Source: Ministeria vibrans ATCC 50519 (lineage: Eukaryota > Protista > Filasterea). From it: a DNA stretch of 46,268 nt. The notes under the pieces are model-generated. The model did no database searches. It was not told the origin of the DNA and saw nothing but the letters and a program-made list of their open reading frames with translations. The DNA lies in NCBI GenBank assembly GCA_943704425.1, contig CALSCP010001341.1, positions 1 to 46,268 on the forward strand, given 5' to 3'. Position numbers and translations under genes: made by a program. Every line of letters starts with the position of its first letter. Position 1 is the first letter of the stretch. Positions 25,420-36,279 of this stretch are shown in pieces.

Positions 25420-28400
25420 ATGGCGAAATCTCCAAAGGGATCTTCTCGTGGTGCTGCGACCAGCGGCACGTCCAAGACAACGCCGCCCTCCTCGTCCAAG
25501 TCGTCTGACCCAAAGAAGGAGTCTGGCTCGTCGACGTACAGCTTCAAACAAGAGAAAAGTTGTTCTTTTTTTTTTTTTTTAACGTCACATCACACGTTTG
25601 ATTTCCTGCAGTCTTCTGATCGCGGTCGCGGTTGTTGCCATTGCGGTTGCAGGTGGTGCTTGGGTTTCCATGCAACCCGATGGCGGGTCGTCGGCATCGA
25701 GTACTGGCTCGGGGCGATCGGCAGCGTCGTCGTCGTCGTCGGGCGCGTCGCAGAGTACTTCCTCGGCCTCCGCCGCATCTGCGGCTCAAGGCCACCCTGG
25801 CCCGTCCGGCTGGCAGTGCGACACCACAGAGTGGCTTGAGCCAGGCCAGGCGTACCTGACGTCGTGCGGCACAGCCGACGGGGCGCGCAAGTATCCTTGG
25901 GCGGGCGCCTGCTTTGGCTACGAAGACAACTGCACCGAGTCCCGCCGCTATGCCTACCCCACCTGCCCGTCTCCGTCCGAGTACAACCGTGCCGGCAATA
26001 AGGAGCAGCGCGAGAAGACCTTTTGGGAACAGGTACCGTATAGGAAGGAGATCAGTGAGTTTTCAAAATCGTATTCGTTAGGGCGATTTTGGACTGGTGT
26101 CGACGTACCGCAAGCAGTTGCGCGACTACTGCGCACCGCGTAAGGACACGGACGACGGCGACGCAGCGAGTTCAGGCGATTTCAACAAACAGGGCAGTCC
26201 TGTGCGCAACTCACGTCTGACCTGCTCCACCAACCTGCGCTACTGTCGTGCCGAGAACCTCTTCATCGACCTGCGCAACGTGAAGAAGGTCGAGCGCAAG
26301 GGCTTCTCAGGCCGTCTCGACGAAGAATACTACAAGGTGGGTCAGCTGGGCGGTGACTGTGCGCTCGACGAGACGCCTTTCTTGCAGCAGAGCAAAGAGC
26401 CCGGCAGCCTCCAAGTACGACATCGAAAAGTTGTATTGTGTGTGTGTGTGGGTGTGACTGAAGCTCATTTTTCCTAGTCGTGGTGGAATGAGCTGCGTAA
26501 CTACCGCGGCTCCGAGGCACCGCCAAAGTGCGATGTGTGGATTGAGAAGCCTACTCTCTTCCTCAAGCTCGACGCGCTCATTAACATGTACGAGCGAGTG
26601 TGCGCGTCTTTCTATCACTTTCTCCCATTTCTCTCTATCACTTTGTTTTCTCACTTCTCTCTCTATTTCTTTGTTTCTCACTTCTCTCTCTATTACTTTG
26701 TTTCTCACTTCTTCCTCTATCACACTTGCTTCTCACCCCTCTCTCTATTACTTTGTTTCTCATCTCTCTTTCTATCACACTTGCTTCTCACTTCTCTCCG
26801 TATCACTTTGCTTCTCGCTCCTCTCTCTATTACTTTGTTTCTCACTTCTCTCTCTATCACACTTGCTTCTCGCTCCTCTCCGTATCACTTTGCTTCTCAC
26901 TCCTCTCCGTATCACTTTGCTTCTCGCTCCTCTCCGTATCACTTTGCTTCTCACTCCTCTCTCTATCTGTCTTTCTCTGTTTCTGATTTTGCACTTGTGT
27001 TCCTCCACTCCAGGTACCACCACTTCTGCGACTACATCAACATTTGGCTCACACAGGTACACACCCTCCTACATTTGCCTTATACTCACGCACACGCTTC
27101 TCTATGTCAATCAGCACGTATGGGGCCACTTTGACCGGGACATTAATATTTGGGACCACGACGTGTCGTACATGCCGCACACGGGCTACTTTGAGAAGAC
27201 CTTTGAGGCTTTCACGTCTAACACCCCTCTCATGCGCCCCAAAGACTACGAAGGAAAGGTCGTCTGCTTCAGAGAGGTACGGTACACTGCAGTCAGCAGT
27301 AGAATTGTAAAATTTTATATAATTGTTAAATCGCGACACATCCAGGCCGTCTTTGGACTGGGTCCGCGCGTGCGTCTGTCGTTGTACTACAACATGTTCC
27401 TTGAGTCGGGCTGCCACGGCAGTTCTCTCTTCCGCACCTTCCGTGACGTTGTCCTCCGTCGTCTTGCTGTGCCCGTCCGTAAGCCCGGGAAAGGCACTGC
27501 CGAGCGCCCTTTCCGCGTTGTCTTTAGCAGTCGAAAGGTACAAACAAGACTTACACTCTGTACCAAGGAATATTGTTCATCTCTATTTTTTATATTTTGA
27601 TAGGGAACTCGAAAGGTGCTCAATGAACGCGAGCTGATGAACGTGCTTAACAGCACTCCTAACATCACTGTCAAGCGACGCGACTACGGCACAATTCCCT
27701 TTTTGCCCGACCAGCTCGAAACGACTGCAAACGCAGACATTTTCATTGGTACGCCAAATACTAAACACGTCACACGACCACACATATGTAATAATAATAA
27801 TAATATTATTATAATAATTTATTTATCATTATATTATATATGATAAAGAGAAACAAACTGATAGAGAGAGGGAGGGAGACAGACACTTCATCCAACTTAT
27901 GTATAGGAATGCATGGTGCGGGTCTGACGCATGTGCTCTTCCAGCCTTACCCTGCCGTCATGTGGGAGCTGCATAACTGTCAAGATCGTCGCTGGTAATG
28001 CAGAGTGTGTGTTGGGGCGGTACTGTCATATGTGTGTCTCACTTGATATTACTTGACTCCGCTAGCTATCTTGATCTGACTCGGCTGACTGGGAATACCT
28101 ACATGACCTGGAACGACCAGACTGCTGTAAGTAGAGCAGCTCACAATGTACCGTACTCACTCACTCACTTCGTTTCTCTCTCGATCACTTTGTTATTTTT
28201 TTTTTCTCTCTCTCTTGTTTTGTTAGGTGACCACGACCAATGCGACGGCCCATCAGAAGTTTGTTGACTACACTTTCGACCCAGATGCCTTCCGAAAACG
28301 CCTGAACGATGCCATCGAGGGCCTCAAGGTACTCCAACGGCACTCACTTCCTTCCTTACACTCGTTTTCGCTCAAACGTGTATTTTTTTTCTTGCTTGCA

Positions 28401-28455
28401 GAAACGACGCGGCAGTGCCGGGTATGACAAGGAAGATATTGTCGAAATTATGTAG
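25420..28455 (+). CDS. EOGT: EGF domain-specific O-GlcNAc transferase-like (GT61), multi-exon
   Basis: [159 protein letters not shown]: colinear with animal EOGT motifs as I recall them. Confidence 0.88.
26612..26965. repeat. Degenerate 27-28 bp minisatellite (about 13 units) in an EOGT intron
   Basis: Repeating unit approximately TATCACTTTG(T/C)TTCTC(A/G)CT(T/C)CTCTC(T/C)(C/G). Confidence 0.85.
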
Positions 28456-28545
28456 ACAAAATTGAAATAAAAAGCAGAACATATTAATAATAGTACAAGT
28501 TGGCTTTTACTTCTTCTACTTCTCTCCCTCCCTCTTATCACTTTG

Positions 28546-28549
<4 letters not shown>

Positions 28550-28591
<42 letters not shown>

Positions 28592-28594
28592 NNN

Positions 28595-28672
<78 letters not shown>
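28550..28672. repeat. (CT)n microsatellite containing an NNN assembly ambiguity at 28592-28594
   Basis: Seen directly; similar (CT)n tracts at about 9992-10039 and 13565-13646, and (ATT)n tracts at about 8318-8370, 18068-18190, 36812-36966 and 40335-40420. Confidence 0.95.
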
Positions 28673-28676
<4 letters not shown>

Positions 28677-28749
28677 CTTTGTTTCTTTCTCCTCTCTCTC
28701 TCTCTCTCTTTATCACTTTGCTTCTTTCTCCCAATCACATTCCCCAGTC

Positions 28750-31254
28750 TCACTCTTCCTGCTTGCTCTTCTTCTTCTTCTTTGTCTTGGGTGCGCCCTC
28801 ATCATCATCATCCTCCCCTGTGCGCTTCTTGCCCTTGCCCTTCTTCTTCTCGCCCTTGAGCAACGACACGAGCGTCTCGTCGACTGCCACAGCGGGCGCC
28901 ACCCGACGCGCACTCGTACCGGCATTTTTACTGTGCGCCCCGCCACCTCCCGCCACCTGCGAGAACAGCCGCTCAATCTCATCGCTCGCTTCGTCTCCTC
29001 CTCCTCGTCCACTTTGCGGCTGCGCTGGCCGATAGTAGTTTTGCCGCTGTCTCCGTCGAAATTGCACCAGACCAATATTCCGCACTACCTTGCGTCCATA
29101 GAAACTTTCGCGCACGAGTGTCTCACGTGCGCCCAGTTCGTCAGCAATGGCCGTTTGGGCTCTCTCGTCGCCCCACTGCCCAGCACGCGCCCACAGGCGC
29201 TCCACCAGATGCGATCCGTACTTGTCCGTCGCCAATGCCACATAGTGCCCTTCCAGCCGGGCCATCAGCGCCCACTGGTCGTCGGCCGACACAGACTCGC
29301 TCGCCATGAACCCTTCCACAATGTGACTGCCAATCGAATGGGCGCTCAGCGAGAATAGTTCGCGGCCGTCCATGTCGAGCAGTCCCCGCACAAACGCCCC
29401 TAACATCTTCTCCGCTGCCTTGCGCTCCTTCTCGTCGCCCTCCACCGCCTGAGGGTTGATCCGCCACACTTCCTGCAGAATCATCGAGCCGTGGTAGTTG
29501 GCCTGCGGCAGTGCCTTGGGCGTCGCCGAGGCACCCCCCTCGCCGCCCGACGCCGTCTCCGATGCGGTGCTGGACGAGGTGCGCTCTTCGTACATGTCAC
29601 GCGCGAGCACATACGCCACCAGACGCGTAATGAGCTTGCGCTGCTCCTTGCTCTCAATGTGAAAGGCATCGCGGAATGCCTGCAAGAGCGCCTTGAAGCA
29701 TGTGTGTGCGCGACGGCAGGCAGCCACCAAACTCGCTGCCACACCCAAATGGTTGTACGCAAGAATATCCTCAAAGTGCTCTAGAATGCCGCTGGCAATG
29801 CGACGCGTGTCCTTGGCTCGCACACACCGACGCAGCAGATGCTGCACCACAAAGTTGCCAACGGGATGTGTGGAGAGCGTCACAAAGCGACCGTCGGGTG
29901 CCGATGCAATAATGCGCGACACTGTCTGCGTCGGCACCACCTGCAAAACCTTCTCCAACACTCGACTGCCCACGGTGTCTTCGGCCAGCGTCCACACATG
30001 CGCAGCTGCACCCTCCTCGCCCTCCTCGCCATCGTTGACGTCGTCGAGCCCCAGAAGCGCATCCGTGACGCGCTCGCAAAGAGAGGGGAAACGATCGTGC
30101 AGCGCCACGAGAAGCACCTGAAGAACGCCACTGGGTCCTTCGGTGGCGGCAAGAAGGCGCACAGTCGTCTTGGACACGACAACGTCGTCCTCACTGTCAT
30201 ACATCGCCGACTCCTCCTCCTCGTCCTCCTCCGCACGCCCTTGCTCCTCCTTCTCCTCTTTCTGCTCCGTCTTGTCTTCAGCACTTTTGGCGCGCTTCTC
30301 TCTGCGATCTTTGGGCTGCGGCGGCGGTTGTTCCTTGAGAAGCACGCCCACAAGACGCAGTAGCTCGGCGATGAAGGTGTCGGGCACGCGAGTGCGCTGT
30401 GTCTTGGTCTGTCGCATTTTGCGCAGGGCGTCTGCTGCGCCCGCATCCAATGCGGCGTACTGTTCGCTCGTGGCGTCCTCGTCCCCATCTTTGGGGGTGT
30501 CCACCATGTCTGCGTCGCCGCTGAGTGCAACCTGACGCGCCGCCGTGGCTACACGACCCGCATAGGCGACACTGTTGCGCGAGCGCATCACACCAAGTTC
30601 AACTTCGGCGCCACTCAAAATCTGAAGGATCAGACGGAGTACATGGCTCGCATAAGGGTTGTAGACAAGTTTGGCCATCTTTGCCGAGAGCAGCAACTCC
30701 TGGGTGGAGCGCACAATCAGCGCGGCAGCCGATGGTAGGGTGCCCTCCTCCTCATCAGCATCAGCATTGTCGTCGTCGTCGTCGCTGTTGTCGTCGTTGT
30801 CGCCGTTGTGGCTCGGTCGCTCCAGCTCACGAACGGCCGTCTGAGCCACAAGCTGGAGCGTCGTCTGCACGAGATGCGACGAGTATTGCCCGCGACACAC
30901 GCGGGCCATTTGGCCGGCAAACGAGTCGAGGAACACCCGGCGCTGAAAGGGCGACGCCGCATGCATGAGCTTCTCAAGGACACGCGAGCACTGTGTGTCC
31001 TGCGACAGAGTGACCTCGTGGCCCCGCACCTCGGAGAGAACATTGCCCACGAACAGGGCAAAGTCCTCCTCGTCGTCGTCGTCGCTGTCGTCGCTGTCGT
31101 GTGCGTCGTCCTCTCGCGTGGCACGGCGATCGCCCTTCTTTGGCGCCCCCGTGGCCCCCTGTCGTTTGTCAAGGATCCGTTCCACTCGAGCGTAGTACTC
31201 AAGCGTGGCGTCGTCCACGAGAGCCGACTTGCGAGCAGCCCCACCACTACTCAT
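28750..31254 (-). CDS. NOP9: Nucleolar protein 9 (Pumilio-like repeats, 18S rRNA maturation), single exon
   Basis: 834-aa ORF; ATLEYYARVE, LSQDTQCSRVLEKL, GQYSSHLVQT, NPYASHVLRLIL, DTVGSRVLEKVL, HPVGNFVVQHLL, IGSHIVEGF, LATDKYGSHLVERLW. Confidence 0.88.
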   Translation of the reverse strand: MSSGGAARKSALVDDATLEYYARVERILDKRQGATGAPKKGDRRATREDDAHDSDDSDDDDEEDFALFVGNVLSEVRGHEVTLSQDTQCSRVLEKLMHAASPFQRRVFLDSFAGQMARVCRGQYSSHLVQTTLQLVAQTAVRELERPSHNGDNDDNSDDDDDNADADEEEGTLPSAAALIVRSTQELLLSAKMAKLVYNPYASHVLRLILQILSGAEVELGVMRSRNSVAYAGRVATAARQVALSGDADMVDTPKDGDEDATSEQYAALDAGAADALRKMRQTKTQRTRVPDTFIAELLRLVGVLLKEQPPPQPKDRREKRAKSAEDKTEQKEEKEEQGRAEEDEEEESAMYDSEDDVVVSKTTVRLLAATEGPSGVLQVLLVALHDRFPSLCERVTDALLGLDDVNDGEEGEEGAAAHVWTLAEDTVGSRVLEKVLQVVPTQTVSRIIASAPDGRFVTLSTHPVGNFVVQHLLRRCVRAKDTRRIASGILEHFEDILAYNHLGVAASLVAACRRAHTCFKALLQAFRDAFHIESKEQRKLITRLVAYVLARDMYEERTSSSTASETASGGEGGASATPKALPQANYHGSMILQEVWRINPQAVEGDEKERKAAEKMLGAFVRGLLDMDGRELFSLSAHSIGSHIVEGFMASESVSADDQWALMARLEGHYVALATDKYGSHLVERLWARAGQWGDERAQTAIADELGARETLVRESFYGRKVVRNIGLVQFRRRQRQNYYRPAQPQSGRGGGDEASDEIERLFSQVAGGGGAHSKNAGTSARRVAPAVAVDETLVSLLKGEKKKGKGKKRTGEDDDDEGAPKTKKKKKSKQEE

Positions 31255-31358
31255 TACGGAATTGGAAATGAAAAGAAAAAAATTATTGATGATTGAACTC
31301 TGAATTTATAAAACACTAAAAACATTTTTTCAAATTCATTTCCTGGACCTGCCCTAGC

Positions 31359-34300
31359 ATGCTGACTGGCTTTGTAGTTGGCAGCGTGTTGGGGGCGCTG
31401 CTCGTGCTGGTGGTCCAAGTGATTGTTTTGACGCGCATCCTCAAGCGCTACTACGCACCCCAACGAATGCTCCCCATCGAGAACCTCCTGGCTTCCGTGC
31501 GCACCCGATACGGAACCGTCTCGCCGGCGGAGGTGCGAGGCATCCAGCGCGAGCTTGCCCACGCCCACAGAGACGACGAGGAGTCCGCGACCTGGCTCAA
31601 CATTCTCATGCAAAAGTGGTATTCCGAACTTCGTCCGACTCCCGTCCGTCGCGCCATTGCCGATCTGCTCCGCTTTGAGTTTGAGATGGTCCGCCGCTCG
31701 CTGCTCGGTCGCGCCTTGAGCATCCTCCATTTCAAAGATTACAGGTGTGTGGTGGTGCAACAAAGTTTTCAATGACTCGTCTGATCGCACTCCTCACTCA
31801 CTCCCTCACTCACTCACTCTCTCACTCCCTCGTCTGATTCATAGCCTTGGAAGTAGACCGCCCGTCATCCATTCGATTCGCTTCATATCAGCCAATCAAA
31901 TTGCCAAGGCAGGCGAGAAGGACGACGAGACGCTGCGGGCAGTTCGTCGTTCGACTGTTCTCACCGCCAGCACCTCCGAGTCGGCTGTTCCCGCTTCCGC
32001 CGATCCCCCATCAATGGGTCGCAACGGCTCTGCACGGAGCACTACCACCACAAAGTCGACCAGCGAAGCGCCGTGGTCGTCGGCCACGCGTGGTGGCTCC
32101 TCCCGCTCACACGCCATCCCCACATCAGCCTGGATTGACGGTGTGCTTGTCGTGGATTTCTCTTTCGCAGGCAACTTCAACATTACGGCCGAGGTCGAGA
32201 CCATTGTGGGTCTGGTGGGCATTTTTAGCATTTCGGTGCGCGCCGTGCGCGGACAGTGTGTCATCAAAATGCCCGCGGACACGCCCGGCACCTACCTGTT
32301 CGGGTTTATCGGCGATCCCGACGTGCGTCTCGACATTAGCGTTTTGCTAGGCGGCCACGAACTCAGCGGCGTAGGCTTTCTTGTCGATCGTGCAGTGCGC
32401 AGTGTCATTCGCGAGCGATACACGCTGCCTAACCTCGTCGAGGTGCACGTCGACATCAATAGTGGCGTGCTCGAGACGCGCGGTGTGCTCTCGGGTGTCA
32501 CCCCCAATTCAGCATCGTCGGCGTTGCTCAGCTCGTCGCAGACTCACACGTGGCAGGAGAACGTCGACTTTGCGTCGGGCACTCGCTGCACCCTCTGTGT
32601 CAATGCCATCCCTCGCTCAGGCATCATCTGCCGCTACTGTTCACTCATCTGCGACCGCAACTGTCGCTCGCGCTCTCTTCTTGACGTCTGTCCCGGCACG
32701 CAAGGCAAACTTCTCGACCGTCTGCGTCTACTTGGTTGGCGCGACAACTCGTATGCAGCATTGCAGTCAACTCCATCGCCCGGTCTCGGTAGCGATGACA
32801 CCACAACACGCGAGGCGACACTGCAACCGCCACAATCACGCGCAAGTTCACGGCCGCCGATCCTCAATTCCAAGGCGTCGTCATCACCATCGCCGTCTCC
32901 CAGTCTGTCGCCGTCGGTCATTCGCACGCAGAACAGCCTGCGCAACACAGTCACTGTCTACGACATGATCCCCGGTCGTCTTTCGGTGCGTGTGCTGCGA
33001 GGCACGAACCTTGCCGCCAAGGACCGCAGCACCAATGCCTCCGATCCCTACGTGATCATGTCGTTGGGTTCGGAGCAGCGCAAGACGCGCAAGATTCGTC
33101 GCGAGCTCAATCCAGAGTGGGATGAGACCTTTGAGTTTGATGTGAGGACCTCGCGCACAGGGATCAAGTGCAATCTGCTGCGTCTCGACGTGTACGACTG
33201 GGATGCCATGAGCCACGACGACTACATGGGCGGCGTGGTGATCTATTTGCACGATCTGTGTCCCTCGGTCAAGCACCAAGAGGCCTTTGAGCTCATGCCG
33301 CGTCGCAACGAGCAAGTAAGCGGCTCCGTTGTGCTCGAGCTGCTCTTCATCGCCGACCAGAGCCGTACGGCTCCATCCACGACTACAAATCCAGTCGCGT
33401 CGTTTGTTGCGGACCGTTCTCGCCGCAGCCACACGTCATGGTTGCTCGACGACGATGCCGCCAACGCCGTCTCTCCCGTGGGCAGTGGTGGCGGCAGTGG
33501 TGACGACCTCCTTGTCATCGACGACCCTGATCACGCTGTGCCCCGCGACAATCTCTCCTCCAAGCTCAAGCGTGAACAGGCCTTTGAAAACTTTGTCACG
33601 TCCGAGCGCTCCTTTGTTGATTCCCTTGAGAATTGTCGAGAGGTACCAACGCAATGATGATTATTTTACATCAATGACTTTTTTTTTTGTACAGGTGTAT
33701 CTGAATCGACTACTTGCGCAAGACTTTTGCGGCGAAGGAACACTAGTTGCGCGACTGTCGACGCTCTTTGGCAATGTGATTTCGGGCTGTCGTGAGTTTG
33801 TGACGGAATTGTCGCAGGTGAAGCGCGAGCGCACCAAACACCCTCTGGCACAGGTGGGCGAGCTTTTCTCGAACAAGACTCGCATGCACGATGCCTTTCT
33901 GGCGTACTCCATGACATCGCCTGAGCTCGTGCAGCAGATCGAGCAGCTTGCCGCCCAGAATGCGTCGTTGAGTACGCTGCTGGCCCACGGCCGTGACGAC
34001 CCGCGTGCCCACGGGCTCAGCGCCGTCACCTTCTTCAACGAGCCGGCCGTGCACTTTCTCGAATATGGCATTTTCTTTGAGCGTCTTCTTGAGCTGTGCG
34101 AGCCCACTGATCCCGAGTACGACCGCCTTGCCGAGTCTCTCTCGCTGGTCAACCGTACACACACACAGATCCTCAAGAACAACGAACGCTCGCGTATGAA
34201 CCGCCTCCTCAGCGACATTCGTCACTCGCTTCAGACCAACGCCTCTACCGATGCTCTCCTTGCCATCAACGATCCCGCGCGTCGTCTCCTCTTTGAGGTA

Positions 34301-35944
34301 CCTTTTTACTTGTGTGTTTTGTGTTTGTGTGTGACACTTGTGCACGTTTGGTTGTGTGTAGGCTCATGTTACGTCCGCTCGGGGTGATCCCTGTGTCTTC
34401 ATTTTGCTTGACAATGTCGTTCTCATTGCGAAAGAAGACGTAAGCTTGACTACTACTAATACGAAAGATATAATAATGTTTTTTTTTATTATTCTAATGT
34501 CCGCAGCGGCACACGTCGATATCGGCGAGGGGAGTGAGCCGTACACTGCGCCCCATCGGCGACCCTTACCCGCTCGAAGACCTGACACTGGCACCCGTTA
34601 GCTGCAACGACGAGTCCGACTCCACCCGCGACCACCATCCGTCTCTGCGCCGCCTCAATTCCGCGAACACCAGCAGTCCCACCAAGGACAAGGACAAGAC
34701 CACTCCCGCAGTTCGCGCAGTCACTTTTCTTGCCACACCCGCTCAGGCCCCTCCTCCTTCCTCTCACGGACGTCTCTCGCTCTTCCCCAGCGATACCTCT
34801 ACTGTCCCAAACTCACAGGGTGTCACCTGCCGCATCAGTCGAATGGATGGCTCCCAACCTTTTGTCGTCACTACCGACACGGAAGCTCAGGTAAACGAGC
34901 AGCTCAATTCTTACCCAAGTCTCTTTTGTTATTACTGACGGTTTTTTCACAGTTGCGGCGCATTATTCGGGCGGTGGAGTCGGCAGTGGATGCGCTGCAG
35001 CACGCGGGGCAGCGTTTGAGCCGCATGCCGAACCTTAACAATGCAATTTCGTGGCTGCAGTCGGCTGTGCTGATGCGTGACAGTGCGCCAAACCCAGAGG
35101 TACAGCAGCAGAGTGAGTGAGCGATAGGCGCATGATTCATGGATTGGTTTTACTAGATATTCGCCAAGGAGGAGCAGATCAAGGCGCTGGCGGCCATGAT
35201 ACGCCTGCACGAAACGGAAGTGGAGGAAGTGATGCTTGCGAGTGGGTCCGTCGAAGAGACGCACACGTCGACCAATCGCGTTGCTGCACTTCAATCCGAA
35301 CTCAACGAGCTCCAACGACGCCACGATGATCTTAAGGTTAGCCAGGCATCGTGCTAATAATAGTTGTAACTATATTCATTTTTATTCAGGCGGAAGTGGA
35401 TGTGATGCGCCATACGGCTTCGTCGGGCGCGTCTTTGCTAGCATCCGGCAGTCGTGTGCAGTCTGTCCCTGTACCCCTCGTCACCAGCTCAGCAGATCAG
35501 GAACAGTTTCAAAAGTCGTTTGAGCTTCCACCTCAAATCCTTTTTATTGCGGGTACAACAATATAACACACAAATTGGACTGTGCGCGCTCTGACTTGTA
35601 TTGTATATTTGTCATAGCATTTTCATGTGCACAGCGTGGCAGTGGCTACTCAACTGGCCTGCTCTTTGTCACTCCCGAGTATGTCTGCTACAAGGCAAAG
35701 TCTTTGCTCCGGCGCACTCTCAAGGTAGAAAGATGTTCGTGGAGACTATTGAACTCAACACGCATTATTATTATTTTGGTGTGTCAAGGTCAAGTTCCAA
35801 CGAGCAGCCATCCAGTCAGTCGCGTCAGTGGGTACCGACACCATCCAGGTTGTGCTTGCCGGTGGCACTATCTATGTGTACACGGGCTTTTCCTCCCAGC
35901 TCGAGTGGCAGAATGCCAAGTCGGTCTTGTCCCAACGTCTGTAA
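31359..35944 (+). CDS. Multidomain protein: N-terminal TM, SMP lipid-transfer domain, atypical C1, C2, RhoGEF (DH), PH-like and GRAM domains
   Basis: TM MLTGFVVGSVLGALLVLVVQVIVL; SMP ESATWLNILMQKWY...LGSRPPVIHSIR...FGFIGDPDVRLDI...IRERYTLPN; C1 about 32545-32690; C2 about 32970-33350; DH REQAFENFVTSERSFVDSL...FFNEPAVHFLEYGIFFERLLELCEPTDPEY; GRAM FQKSFELPP...FSCA...GLLFVTPEYVCYKA; stop TAA 35942-35944. The middle exons are less certain. Confidence 0.72.
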
Positions 35945-36279
35945 CTATTGAAATCCTCAACTGTCTTTCATTTCACAATTTCAATGTCCTGAAATAAATA
36001 CCATTTGCTTAGAGAGCGCCAAGCGGCTCTGTATTTTTTTTTACTTTAGACAGTCCTGCGTGTGCACGTATAGAGTGCGTGCTTTGAAGACCCAACGAGT
36101 CATTTCTTTTCTTCTTTTGATTTACAGATCAAGAAACTATTCATTCATTAATACTTTTTTGTTTTCTTGGCAGTCATTGCCTTGCATCACCCAGTGTCCT
36201 CCCAATAGAGGCCTGTTCGCTGCTGACCGGCGCATTCTAAGGGCTCTTTGTCGCGACACGTGAAACCGATTTTCGCATC

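Noticed and set aside
26488-27134. Long hydrophobic ORFs over the EOGT intron, and many long antisense or overlapping ORFs elsewhere
   Set aside because: They are translations of minisatellite or microsatellite DNA, or shadows of GC-rich coding sequence, with no family motifs.
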